DNA of 62,943 nucleotides, the filler included, from Octopus bimaculoides (Eukaryota), in assembly GCF_001194135.2 (NCBI RefSeq). It is 4 parts of 4 records of this genome, joined end to end, with 100 filler letters (N's around TTAATTAATTAA, not from the genome) between each part and the next. Parts side by side here need not be neighbours in the genome. Positions count along the whole stretch, not along the records: positions 1 to 23,653 come from NC_068990.1; positions 23,754 to 29,929 come from NC_068989.1; 2 more parts are not named here. The stretch is one strand, 5' to 3'. This document shows positions 13,642-26,832 of this stretch, piece after piece. Under the pieces are notes generated by a model. The model was not told the origin of the DNA and made no database searches. It was given only the letters and a program-made list of their open reading frames with translations. The first letter of the stretch is position 1; each line of letters starts with the position of its first letter. The translations under genes and the position numbers were made by a program.

Positions 13642-15993
13642 CATATGTATGTGTGCGTGTGTCTTTCTGTTTGTATTTGTTCCAACATCACAAATCTAAA
13701 CATTATAGATGTGTGTATATATGTACATATATTTAGACAAATGAAAGAAAATGAAATTAATGATATTCTTTACTTAAAACCACTACAATTGTTTCAATGC
13801 ATTTTCACACCTGTAGTACAGTGGATGAGCTTTGCACAGCATTCTACAAAGATTTTACCTGAATCTTAACTATGTATGTTGGTCAGTGTTATATATGCTG
13901 TAGGAAACATTTTAATAAAAATAAGTCTCCGATCTCCTCATTATCAATTGTGTGTGTGTGTGCTTGTGTGTATGTCTGTGTGTGTGCTTGTGTGTGTGTG
14001 TGTGCTTGTGTGTATGTGTGTGTGTGTATATATGAATGTATGCATGTTTGTGTGTGTGTATGTGTGTGTGTAGGGGGGGGGGTATTTATTAATGTATGCA
14101 TGCAGGAACGGTGGGAATCCCTTATAGCTGATTAAGATATTTAATTTTTGTTTGCTCCATAATTTTGATGTTGAACAGACACATAGATAGCAGATTGGTC
14201 AAGTACCATTGCCTCAGTTATTTTGACAACAAAATAAACTGAAGCAAGACATTCTACTCTCAAACACAAAACGCTAACAACAGACATATGTAATTATTTT
14301 GCTAAATAAATTTGATCACATATATTTTTCAGATGCAGAGCATAATTAGTTTTGCAGCATTCCAACTGCTTTCTTCTTTTTTTTTTTAGATATTCGTTAA
14401 TGCATCTGTTGCTGTGAATAATCAAATTCTTTTGAACTGTCAATTTAGAGGAAAACTACTGAATCTGTCTACACAGTTATTTACAAATCAGCTTCTTATC
14501 TATAAGTATCAACCACATATGAGGTGCTTCTTTGCTTCTTTTTTTTCCCTCTATGCAATACAAACTATACATTACGAAAGCAAAACACCATTCAAAGGTG
14601 TAAAAAATACTTTGCTACTGCAATAAGATCCAGCCCTTATATTTTCTACCAACCCTTTTATTACCATATTTCTGTTGTAAAAAACATTGTTTTATTTCAG
14701 TTAAATTTGAAAATAATGAAGAGGGTCTAGTAAAATAAATTTTGTCTGCATTTATATGATGTTTGAAATATAAATTAACATGAAATTGTGATGAGATGAA
14801 AAGATTTAACTTAAATCATTTTTGAACTGAAATTTTGTATCATACAAAACCAGGGTTAATCTCAGGTGGTTTGGTATAAAAGGGTTAAATAAGATTCCAT
14901 AAATAAGATTCATTCACATATATATCACACCCAAAAACTTTACTACATAACAAGCCAATAAGAGAGCCTCTATGGATGGTTGCTTGGCAAAAAGTAAGAG
15001 TTGTTTCTCTCAATACCACTTTCTATTGTCTTAGAAAAGTAAGAACACAATGGCTAATGTAGTATAAGATTTATAATATGTGAAAGAAATATAAAAATGA
15101 AAAACAGAATCGAACATCTTTTAACAAAGGTCTGTTTAACCAAGACTGACCTGGAGCTAAGATAATACTAATACTTACAAAACCATGGTGACCACACGAT
15201 TCCTTGGACGCAATCCTAGTAAACACAAACAAGCACACTAAGGTTCTTTTCTGCTCTAGGAACAAGGCTGGAAGTTTTGGGACGGGGTCAGTCTATTAGA
15301 TCGACCCCAGTACACAACTGGTACTTAATTTATCGACCCCGAAAGGATGAAAAGCAAACATGACGTTGGCGGAATTCGAATTCAGAATGTAAAGACAGAC
15401 GAAATACTCATAAGCATTTCACCCGGCTCACTGCCTTATCAAGCACACTAAGGTTACAGACCCAAATACTATGCTGTTGACCTCATCATCTGAAATACAT
15501 TGCTGATGAATACACTCTGATCAAGAACATCTTGCCACCTTCTGTTGTAGCCACTAACAAAACCTATTGATAGACTAGAACAGGCAGGATATGGGGAACA
15601 CTACATCCTCAGACACCAGGATCACAAGATGACCTGAAGCTGTACATATTTCACATGATAAGCCCACGTATACAAGTCAACAAGAAAGCTGTGATGTGGT
15701 TTCTCAATGTGGTAAAAGTAGCAGAAAATTCTCCCTCAGATCATAGTCTATCGTCTTCACCAAAAGAAAAGTCATGTTAAAGTAATCCTTGATATGCAAT
15801 GTCTGTCTTCAGATATGGCTGGAATACCTTTGACTCAGAGTCAACTTTATCTGTCTCTTTATCTATTTCACTATCTGTCTGTCTGTCTTAGTGTTGATTT
15901 GTCTATCTCTCTCTATCTGTCTATTTATCTATCTATTTAGGATAGATATGAATATGAATATCACACGCACATGCGTGCACACATATGTGCATA

Positions 15994-16026
<33 letters not shown>

Positions 16027-17409
16027 TATTACTCACTCAAAAGGCTGACAAAGGCTAAACAACTACAACATATACACAGAAGGTCTATATCCATGGTTAT
16101 TGCTATCGTTTAGAGCCTGTTCAAACCTGATTGAGCAGATATTTTGATCAAAAGCTTTCCAGTCAAGACCAATGCATTTATTTTGTTTTTTCCCCAAAGT
16201 CAGTAGGATATTATATGATGGCAATTTGACTGCTATTTCAAACAGATTGAGTGACCACATAGATGTTCCTCCTCATTGGTTAATCTTGCATGTAGCTTCA
16301 TAAACCTGCATCTCAACATTAGCTTCTATATTCATATTAATGTATTTAATATATATTCTTTTATATAAAGCATGCGAAGAATGAACAGATGACAGTTTGT
16401 TTTTGTTATCCATTTACTGGACAATACACTATTCGATATTTTCGCTATAATATAATATAATGTAATATTCTTTTCAAAGCCATTCATATTTATTTAACAT
16501 CAGATAAATCTTTCATATTCCACTGGTGTATCATTAATTACAAATTATTATTACTCTGTGTAGCTAATGTGGTCACTTACTGACCAATCTTTACATTTCC
16601 GTTATGAAAGTCACAATTGATAACTCAGCTTTACATTTGACCTTCTTGTTTTGACAATACTTTAACTGGAACTAATAATGATGATGATGATAATAACAAC
16701 AACAACAACAATAATAATAAATAATAATGATAATAATGATGATGATGATAATAATAATAAAAATAAAAATGATAATAATAAACAAATGAGACAAACAAAA
16801 CAAGCAAAAACAGCAAAGAATGCTTTAGCAGTGAATTTTAAACACAAAATCGAATTCGTACAGCTTCTAACATCTAATACAGTTTGCATAATCACATATG
16901 AGCGACTTAATATAATCTTTATTGGCCACAATGTTACCGCTTCTTTACTATTGATCATGAAGAAACATCAATAATGGTAATCAAATTATAGAAAAAATAT
17001 AAAGAAACAAAAGCAAAACTTCTTTGGCACAGGGACGCAAATTGTTTTGCAGCAGAATATGGTAAGTCAATGAAATTGCTCACAATATGTGAATACTTTC
17101 CTCCAATGAGAGAACCTCTATGTGGCTAATTGGTTGTCCTGCCAGAAAGGGCAGTCAAATGTCTCTGAGACAATTGTTATACCATTCTAAAAAAAAAAAA
17201 AAAAGAAATACATTGGGAGATTGTGTAGTCCAAATTGCACCATACTTGAGAAAAGAAATAAATGAATAAAAATTAGTATGATCATGGGTGGATTAATTTT
17301 GACCACAGGATTGGTTGATCAAAGTTGACCTAGGGCTAGAAAAATCAATAACAGCAATAGCAACTTCTCTGTTTTATCAATCAAGAATGAAATATAAAGT
17401 TAAAACTGG

Positions 17410-17849
17410 TCAACCCATTAGCATTTAACCCTTTCGATACCAACCCGGCTGAAACCGGCTCTGTAATACAAATGTCTTGTTTTCATAAGTTTTGAATTAA
17501 AATCTTCCACCAAACCTTAGTCACAATCTACGTTCCTAACATTAGCTGAATGATAACTAAGTTATTTTACTAAATTCTTTGTTATATTTAAGTAATTGAA
17601 AGAAACACAGAGCCTCTCAAAATAAATACAGTAACAAAAGGGTTAAACTGGCCATATCCAGCCAAAATACTGAGCCCTGTTTTTTCACTTCAAACTAGCT
17701 AGACCCAACTTCTCCTACAATATTATTCTGAAAATAAACAATCATGTTATTGAAATCTCAAAGCTACATGGTAATGCATGGCGAATTCAAATCAATGTGA
17801 AAACATAGACATTTCATTCAACAGAGAAAACTGAATACAAAAGGGTTAA
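17410..17849. mobile_element. piggyBac-type MITE (outer), interrupted by a second MITE
   Basis: Ends (t)caaCCCattagcat ... acaaaaGGGttaa; its body resumes after the inner element. Confidence 0.62.
17429..17642. mobile_element. piggyBac-type MITE (inner) with TTAA target-site duplication
   Basis: TTAA|CCCTTTCGATAC...GTAACAAAAGGG|TTAA. Confidence 0.85.
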
Positions 17850-18039
17850 ATATGAAATTAGACCATAAAGTTGGAACTAAACACCACCTGGCGTTTGGTC
17901 TTTGTGTTCCACTGCTTCTGTTACAGTGTTGTTCCTTATCCTTATTAGTTTCAGTCTTCAGATTATGGCCTGGCACAATCCAGAGATATATAGCGAGAGT
18001 GGGCAAGGTGAGAAGTTCCCCTTAGGTACAGGTTGTATT

Positions 18040-18420
18040 TCTATATCTTTTATTTGTCTCACTCACTGGACTGCAACCATGCTAGAGCATGGCCTTGAAG
18101 GATTTTAGTCAAACAAATCGACCCCAGGACTTATTCATTTTTAAGGCTGATGCTTATTCTATTAGTCTCTTTTGCCAAACCACTAAGTTATGGAGACATA
18201 AGCAAGCCAATATCTCTCGCTAAGCAGTGATAGGAAAATACAAACTCAAACATACACAGTCATACACAAAGGACTTCTAGTTTCTATCTGCCAATTCCAC
18301 TTATAAGGTTTTGGTCAGCCTGGTGCTATAGTAGAAGACATTTGCTCAAGGTGCTACACAGTGAGACTGAGCTCAGGACCATGCCTTTGGGAAGCAAACT
18401 TCTAACCACAAAGCCATGCA
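18040..18420 (-). mobile_element. Family A SINE, diverged
   Basis: Reverse-complement similarity. Confidence 0.8.
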
Positions 18421-19855
18421 ATATTAACTTTGGCTGCCCATACTTATTGATTGTTAATTAAGGTAGCTGTACCAAAAGTATCTTTTATTCTTAGTTTAGA
18501 GAACTTTTTCTATGCCACTGGCACCATTTACTGAATCCATAACTATGTCTAGCAATTAATTTATAAATTTTTTACAAAGTGTAAAATTTGTTTAAATATT
18601 TCAATATTTTTTCCTAAACTAGAATCACTGCAGTTTTATTTTCAATAGAATATTCTGGATTAAGAATTTGGCTGAAAGAAATTCCTAACTCAAAATGAAA
18701 ATTAAAAATGAAAAGGAAGGAAAATGTTTTCATTTTACTGCAAGGAATGCAGACAGTGTAATTGTGAAACTGTGTATTTATCAATGGCTTGTTTATGTAT
18801 GTATAGATGAATGGATGGAGGGATGGCAGGTAAGTGTGCATAATTGTAAATATGTGTTTGTATATTTGCTTCTGTGTGTGTGTGCGTGTGTGTGCGTTTG
18901 TGTATAGAAATAAGGGTGAAAAGTACTGAATACAAGTAATAAAGTCTATTCACATCTCGAGCATACCATGCTATTCACAACACACGTTTTCATACTCATA
19001 TACATTTTATATATATTTATATTTCTGTGCATGTATGTAAGAGCATGAGTAAATAGATACTCCTATAATATATATATNNNNNNNNNNNNNNNNNNNNNNN
19101 NNNNNNNNNNNNNNNNNNNNNNNNNNNNNNNCCAGCATGGCCACAATCAAATGACTGAAAAAAGTAAAAGAATACACACGTATACTCACAGACATATATC
19201 TATATACATATATATATATATATATGTATGTATGTATGTATGTATACATGTGCGTGTGTTAGTGTGTGTGTGTGTGTATACATACACACACACATAACCC
19301 AAGCCAGCATGGAAAGTACACACTGATGATGATCATGGTTATGATGTTGTTGATGATAAACTCTGCCAAATTTAGATTGGAGCCTGGTGTTGCCATCCGG
19401 TTTCACCAGTCCTCAGTCAAGTCGTCCAACCCATGCTAGCATGGAAAGCGGACGTTAAACGATGATGATGATGATAATCAGCAGCCCTGTTGTAGAATCT
19501 ATTTGCTTCTCGTTAGTTTACTTACAAAGGAATAGAGTTACCCATATGTATAAGTTAGTTTAATATGGCATGAACTATGGCATGTAAAGCAGTCATCATC
19601 TATAACCTTTAAGTAGTACAAAGACTTGTATCCAATGGCAAAGTAGACCACAAACTGATTCCTAGTTACCTTCTTCAGACCTGTATGAGTATCTGAAACC
19701 TGTACAGCTGGTCGCTGTAGTATTTCTTTATTATAACAGTATTCTTCTTCTTTACAGTGATGAGAAGCTTTATGTTTTTCCATATATTTTACTTTATATT
19801 ATGCATTGTTTGTGAACAATAGTAACATTGCCATATAATAATAATAATGATGATG

Positions 19856-19890
<35 letters not shown>

Positions 19891-19897
<7 letters not shown>

Positions 19898-20068
19898 ATA
19901 TATAACATACGGAAAATTGCACTACTGGGTACTGCACACATTCTACGCAAAACACTTTCAATACAGTAAACATAAGAGCACCACAGCAAACCACAGCACA
20001 TACCCAAGGCGCACAGAGCTGCGCTCGGTAGTGAAGTGAAAGCACGTTATAAAAATAAAACTACTGAA
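19891..20068 (+). mobile_element. R4/Dong-type non-LTR retrotransposon, extreme 3' end
   Basis: NIRKIALLGTAHILRKTLSIQ* plus 3' UTR, between (AAT)n tracts. Confidence 0.75.
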
Positions 20069-20111
20069 TAATAATAATAATAATAGTAACATTGTTCCAT
20101 ATAATAATAAA

Positions 20112-20449
20112 ACTATGCTGGATCATAGATATAGCATGCCCAACTGACAACAACGTATGCGATAAGGAAGAAAGAAAAGTTGATAGATATGACAAGTTAG
20201 CTTGGGAAGTTAAGCAGTTGTGGTCGATGAAAAAGGTGATAGTTGTACCAATAATTGTTGGAACTCTGAGAACACTGAGTAAAACTCTTGAGAAGTACAT
20301 GGAACAAATAGGGGCTGTAATAAGGGTGGAGCACTTTCAGAAAACAGCACTGATTGGAACCGCTTGAATACTCCGGAAGGTGCTCGAAAAATAAGGGGTG
20401 TTACCTTAGTTCCCTGGTAGTGCTCCAGCGTTAGAAGCTGTGCAAAGAC

Positions 20450-20451
<2 letters not shown>
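20112..20451 (+). mobile_element. R4/Dong-type RLE endonuclease 3' fragment
   Basis: IIDIACPTDNNV..KEERKVDRYDKLAWEVKQLW..VVPIIVG..QKTALIGTA, flanked by (AAT)n. Confidence 0.85.
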
Positions 20452-20491
<40 letters not shown>

Positions 20492-20651
20492 CAAACCTAG
20501 CACCAGAACAACTCTGGATCCCTATAACATGCCGATGGCACGTAAAAGCACCCACTACACTCTCAGAGTGGTTGATGTTAGGAAGAGCATTCAGCTGTAG
20601 AAACTCTTCTACCAACTCACTGCCAAATAATAATAATAATAATAATAATAA

Positions 20652-21035
20652 TACAAGGATAGAAAGAACATGTATGGTAATCGACATAGCTTGCCCCAGT
20701 GAAAACAGGATCAATGTGAAAGAAGAAAAAAAATAAACAACTATCATGATTTGAAGTGAGAAATACGAAGGTTGTGGTCAATGAGGAGAGTAGACTTGAT
20801 ACCAATAGTAATTGGTGCATTTGGAAGCATCAGAACTCAACTAGCAACATGGCTGAAAAAGATCGGTGCAAGTGTGAAGGTAGAACACCTACAAAACCCA
20901 GCATTGCTTGGAACTGCAAGAATTCTTGGCAGGGTTCTTGAAGCATGACCAGTAAACAAGTGTCACCTTAGTCTGCTGGCTGTGGACAGCTGACATTTTC
21001 CATCATAACCAGCAAAATAAGCTGTGAGTTTTCAT
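20652..21035 (+). mobile_element. R4/Dong-type RLE endonuclease 3' fragment
   Basis: CMVIDIACPSENRINVKEEEK...LQNPALLGTARILGRVLEA*, frameshifted, flanked by (AAT)n. Confidence 0.82.
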
Positions 21036-23347
21036 ATAATAATAATAGTAATGATAATAATAATAATAATAATAATAATAATCCTTTCTACTATAGGCAC
21101 AAGCCCTGAAATTTTGGAGAGGAGGCTAGATAATGTCATCAATCCCAGTAGTTGCAGCTGCAATGGTAGTGGTGGAGGTTGGTGAAGGTAATGGTGATTT
21201 CTCATGCAAGCACAAAGCCACACTTTTCTATGGAACATACATACAATCAAATTGATTCCAGTACATGAATGGCGTTTACTTTTCCTTACCTAGAGGCAAA
21301 GTTGACTCCGGTAGAATTTAAACTCAAAATATGGATTATCATTTATTATCTTCCATCTGTTTTATTTTTATTTAAAAATGGGATATACACAATTCCAATA
21401 ATGTATTTATTTACCAATCTATCTTCGGAATATATTACAGAATATTTGCAAACCGAACACTTTAATAAGTTTTCCACCATAACTTTATGTGATCATACAG
21501 AGAAGATGCAAAAATATATTGATGTTTGCTGAATATATTTTTGCCTTATAATTTATATTTGTTAAGTTAGGTTAGGTTTCATTTGATAGCTACATCAGTA
21601 ATGTAAATAACCTATTTCTCATAGTGCCCAGTTCAGTAGTGTTCATATATATATCTGGAAGCAAATAATCAATTTTTGTTATTTTTCCTCTTCACTGACT
21701 CTTTCTAGTTTTCAATTACTATGAAATGCACAATTCAATCTCTCTTTCTCACCCAAGATACTTGCATTTCTATTACAAAATGCTTTTATATTTGTGATTA
21801 TTATTAAGAGCTGTAAGAGTGCAGTTCTTGAAGAAATAGTAGAATACCAAACCAAATGTTTTGCAGTATCTACTTACAAGTTTCTGCATTCTGATTTCAA
21901 ACCATGTTGGGGCCAATTTTGAGTTTTCTCCTTCCAGAATGGATTAATTAAAACCATTGAAATCAGATCAATTGACTAAATTTCATTTGTTTGCTTTGTG
22001 ACAATGTTTCCATGCTAGCATGGGTTAGATGAATACATCTTCATTAGGTATTGTTTTACTAACTTTTGCCTGTTTTTCAAGTAAGGAAGTTTCCATTTCA
22101 CTTGCCTTCAAAATCAAAGAAACACCAAATGATTTGTGGACAGGAAAATAACGATGGATGGCATAGTCTTTAGCTTAGTTTAGTACAGAATATAAGTATT
22201 CAAACAGAGATAGGCATGCATATGCATAAACACACAGAACATATATACACTCATACATATAAATGTATAACAGAAGAAAAGGTACAGATGGGCAAACAAC
22301 TGGTATCAATTCAGATTATGACAAATATTTATGCACTGATAGATCTTGAGGGTAGAAATAAAAGTTACAGGACTTTAGATCATGAGAGATCAAGACAAGA
22401 TTGGCTGAGGAATGTTCATAATAGTTGTGATATATGCTGGTATTCTCCCAGAACAGTTATAAAGTGAGTTCATATTATAGATATTAGATAATAGGGTAAG
22501 GCAGGTTATCATAGATAGAATCTAAATCTGGATAAAAAGAAGATGTGCAGGTATTGCTTTGCAGCTGTTTCAAAAGTAGCTGTGCAGTTGATGCAATTCT
22601 CTGTGAGCAGTCAGTGACCTGTATATGACAAGTTTCATGCAGTTTATATTTGCCAAATTCACTCACCAGGTCATCCCAGGCTATAGTAGAAGGTACTTGC
22701 CTAAGAAGTTTCACAATGAGACTGAATTCAAAACTAGATAGTTGTGAAGTGAACTTCTGATGCACATGGCTATACTTGCCCCATTAATCATGCCTGTGCC
22801 TATATGCATCCTCAAAATTTGTGATCTATTAACAAGAAAATCCTTATTATCAACAATACTGCTCTCTACATATTTTTATTTCTTTTTACATCTCTATTTT
22901 CTGCACATTTTTTGCATTCAACTTTGAATTTAAGCCTTCCAGAATTAATAGAATAAGAATGGGGTTTTACACATGGTGTATATTAAACTAATTGTACTCT
23001 CTCTTCTATAAATATTTAGCCTTACGCCAATCATTAGAAATCATTATTAGCTCTTTTAAATTCATTTGTACCTAGTATGGTAAAACCGGAATTTTTTGTC
23101 CCCCACTCCTCTCTTTTAGAACATAAGGTGTTTAGTTTCAATGAGATAACAACCACCTCTGTCAACTATTATACTATTATTTCGCTCATTTTATTGCCCT
23201 ATAAGGCATGCAGCATAGATTTTCTACCTTGCAACTAAAATTAAACATAATCTAAAACATGCTGTTCAAAATATGTATGAGTGTGTCTATATGTGTGTGT
23301 ATGTTGGAATATATAAATGTGCATGTGTATGTGTGTGAGTATATATG

Positions 23348-23391
<44 letters not shown>

Positions 23392-23606
23392 CATAAATTC
23401 ATGTATATGTACATATATACCCATACATGTATACATACACAAACACACACATATGGGTAATATATATAATATACTTAGATACAAGCATGCATAAATGTAT
23501 ATATACACACACACATACACACACACACACACATACACACATATATGTATGTGTGCTTGTGTGTGTGTATATATATACATATATATATATACATATATAT
23601 ATATAC

Positions 23607-23637
<31 letters not shown>

Positions 23638-23653
23638 CATATATATATATACA

Positions 23654-23753
23654 NNNNNNNNNNNNNNNNNNNNNNNNNNNNNNNNNNNNNNNNNNNNTTA
23701 ATTAATTAANNNNNNNNNNNNNNNNNNNNNNNNNNNNNNNNNNNNNNNNNNNN
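23654..23753. other. Scaffold join: N-run with an embedded TTAATTAATTAA placeholder (same at ~29930-30029 and ~48098-48197)
   Basis: The identical 12-mer is centred in three ~100-nt N blocks. Confidence 0.9.
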
Positions 23754-24624
23754 CCCACATACCCCTACCTCTACCCTCAGCCTAACCCACCCCCACTCAT
23801 GCTTTCCCCACTCTCACCTCCCCCACCTCCCAACACCATCACATCACACCACGCTACACCATATCCCACAACACATCACTTCACAACACACCACCACGCA
23901 CACACCAGCACTGACCAATTCCCATCCCCACATTTCCACACCTTCACACCTACATACACACAAGTATACGTTAAGATCACTAGCATTCTCTCACGCACAC
24001 GCACCTTCGTTTTGGGATCACTACTCATTTCTTATCTCCCCTTCTTCTTAACTCTTCTGTGTGACCCTTCTGTCCGGCATTCACCATAATAGATCGCTGA
24101 CCACTACACATATTTTTTTCTCTCCTTGTTTCTCTTCTTGTTTCTTTCTGTGTTCCTTNNNNNNNNNNATATATATGAGGGGCCTCTTTCAGGTTCCGTC
24201 AACCAAATCAACTCACAAGGCTTTGGTCAGCTCATCGTGCTATGCAATGGGGCTGAAGCCAGGACCATGTGGTTAGGAAGCAAACGTCTTGCCATATGTA
24301 TGTATGTATGTATGTCCAAACACTTGCTATAATCTTTTCTACTGTAGGCACAAGGCCTGAAATTTTGTGAGAATGGGCAAGTCAATTACATCGAGCCGAG
24401 TACTCAACCGGTACTTAATTTATGGACCTCGAAAGGAAGAAAGGCAATGCCGACCTCGGCGGAATTTGAACTCATAACGTAGCGACAGACGAAACACCTT
24501 TAATTACTTGGACCGGCGTGCTGACGATTCTGCTAATTCGCCGCCTTCAACCACTTGCTATAATGGATAGGAAAATGGAAACTATGGTTTGATAAAGATA
24601 TGAGTAGTCTAAAAGTGCACTCAC

Positions 24625-24771
24625 GCTTCTTGTAATAACTAATTCATTGTTGCTGATTTCATCCACTAATTTCTTGGCAGCAGTATGCAAATCGGTTTCA
24701 TTTCCTTTATTTCCTGGCGGCACATCAAGCAGAGAAAACGATACAACCACTGTATTCTCACCTTCATCAAT
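24625..24771 (-). CDS. Internal coding exon of the same gene (IDEGENTVVVSFSLLDVPPGNKGNETDLHTAAKKLVDEISNNELVITRS)
   Basis: Acceptor aattttgcag, donor AGC|gtgagt, 147 nt = 49 codons, phase 0 to 0. Overlaps supplied ORF 24547..24777. Confidence 0.75.
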
Positions 24772-25052
24772 CTGCAAAATTACACAAGTTGTTAAATGTT
24801 AAGGGGAAGTAATCAATTTTTTAAAAAAATCAAATAAAATTAATCAACTTAAAAACCTCAAATAAAAGAATAAACGAGAAAAAAAGTCGAGGATGTGAAG
24901 CGACTCATATAGTGTTGGCAAGTAGGTGTTATTTGAACTCATGTTTAGCCTCGATCCCGCAGGACTATGTAAGCGCTTTAATTATGAAACTTTTGTATTT
25001 TTATTCATATATAGTGTATGTGACCATCTCTTTTATTCCAAAAGTGCGGCGG

Positions 25053-25425
25053 CACTCAGAGAGCGCAAATCTCAGCCAAGGCAACACCAATGTCCTCTCA
25101 ACGATTAGTCAGAGAGGATTTTTAAAATGAGAATATCTGAAATAAACTTGACTGCTCTCACAAGCAAGAATACTAAAAATAAACCCGACCGCTCTCAAAA
25201 ATTAAGTAAAAAAATAAAACCGGAAAAATAATTCAGAATCCTTGCCTGGTACCAGATCGATCTTAAAATCTAATCAGTTCGTGCCAGTCACAAGGCCAAA
25301 CATCCCTGAAAGTTTCATCCGAATCCATCCAGCGTTTCTTGAGATATGTTGTCCACGGACAAACAAACAAACAGACACAACTGAAAACAATACCTCTGCC
25401 TTCACTAAGGCGGAGGTAATAATAA
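25053..25425 (-). mobile_element. DINE-1/Helentron-associated (HINE)-like non-autonomous element
   Basis: 11-bp hairpin acctctgcctt-cact-aaggcggaggt (25392-25417), (GTTT)n tract, and a matching sub-terminal motif atctcagccaagg near 25071-25083. Confidence 0.5.
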
Positions 25426-25433
25426 CAACGCGC

Positions 25434-25575
<142 letters not shown>

Positions 25576-26124
25576 GAGTGCGTGCGTGCTTGCATGGATG
25601 TAGCATAGTGAAACTCATATTTCACAATAATCAAACCCCAAGTTTGATTTCACTACGTGGCGTCTTTGGCAGATATCTTTCATTTTATCTCCGGAACAAT
25701 GCAAAAGTAAAAGAAGAGACAAATCTTTTTCCTTAAAGAAAAGCTAATTTGGATCCAGCAAAATATTTCAACCAGAAAGAGAATAAAACACCAAATGTAT
25801 TCAATAAAATCCACTCTAAAAAATATATGATGTCAATCTTGTAAATGATTCCCTTTACAATGCTGATTCTTATATTCTGAACGAAGAGGCTTAAAACGTT
25901 AAATGGAACACAGAAGTACTGCAGCACAAAACCTGAGATTTAATTGTAACTGTCTGATAATTTAACAGTCTAATCATTTAACTGTCTCAGTTGCAAGGAA
26001 TGTAGCAGAAATGAATCCAAAGCAATTAAAAGCTATTACATAGAATTCGTTGAAAATTCGTAAAACGAAACTGTAGATGCAACAGGAAATACTGAAATCT
26101 TAAATTAAATAACCGAAAACTCAC

Positions 26125-26234
26125 CTGGATATTTGAAAGTCTGAGGGGTGATAGTTTACCAATTTCAGACAAGCTGAATCTAATTTCGTATTTCAATGTT
26201 TCCTCATCTTCATTAACAATAGAATCAAAAGAGC
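26125..26234 (-). CDS. Internal coding exon of the same gene (G-SFDSIVNEDEETLKYEIRFSLSEIGKLSPLRLSNIQ)
   Basis: Acceptor tttttattggtcacag, donor CAG|gtgagt, 110 nt, phase 1 to 0. Open frame with globular-protein composition; joins in frame to the exons on both sides. Confidence 0.75.
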
Positions 26235-26451
26235 CTGTGACCAATAAAAATTGTAAAAATTTGTTATAATTTCGGAAATAAAACTGTTTTCTCAAAAGCA
26301 ATACATATTCCATGCATTTCAATATTTTCAACACAAATTGTAAGTTTGCAGAAGTGGTGAGTTTACATAAGCAATGGATTTCTATATCAATTGAATGTGT
26401 TGAATTAGTGTCTTGACAAGAGCAGCATGTTTAAATAATGTGAAATATTGT

Positions 26452-26832
26452 TGTTGGCACTCCGTCACTTACGACGTCGAGGGTCCCAGTTGATCCGATC
26501 AACGGAACAGCCTGCTCGTGAAATTAACGTGCAAGTGGCTGAGCACTCCACAGACACATATACCCTTAACGTAGTTCTCGGGGATATTCAGCGTGACACA
26601 GTGTGACAAGGCTGGCCCCTTTGAAATATAGGTACAACAGAAACAGGAAGAAAGAGTGAGAGAAAGTTGTGGTGGAAGAGTACAGCAGGGTTCGTCACCA
26701 TCCCCGGCCGGAGCCTCGTAGAGCTTTAGGTGTTTTCGCTCAATAAACACTCACAGCGCCTGGTCTGGGAATCGAAACCGCGATCCTATGACCGCGAGTC
26801 CGCTGCCCTAACCACTGGGCCATTGCGCCTCC
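26452..26832 (-). mobile_element. tRNA-derived SINE (CpG-intact full-length copy)
   Basis: Head ggaggcgcaatggcccagtggttagggcagcggactcgcggtcataggatcgcggtttcgattccc (A and B boxes), tail ending ggagtgccaacaa. Confidence 0.85.

Noticed and set aside
22484-22765. 93-aa minus-strand ORF as a downstream exon of the 24.6 kb gene
   Set aside because: Its 5' half is a decayed family A SINE head, it lies across a scaffold join, and it has no supporting features.
23698-23709. TTAATTAATTAA repeated three times in the window (also ~29974 and ~48142), superficially a conserved palindromic site
   Set aside because: Always centred in ~100-nt N blocks; a scaffolding placeholder, not biology.
23754-24000. 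C/A-rich stretch giving a P/H/T-rich ORF (23799..24089)
   Set aside because: Low-complexity sequence right beside a gap; looks like degraded (CA)n or low-quality contig-end sequence.
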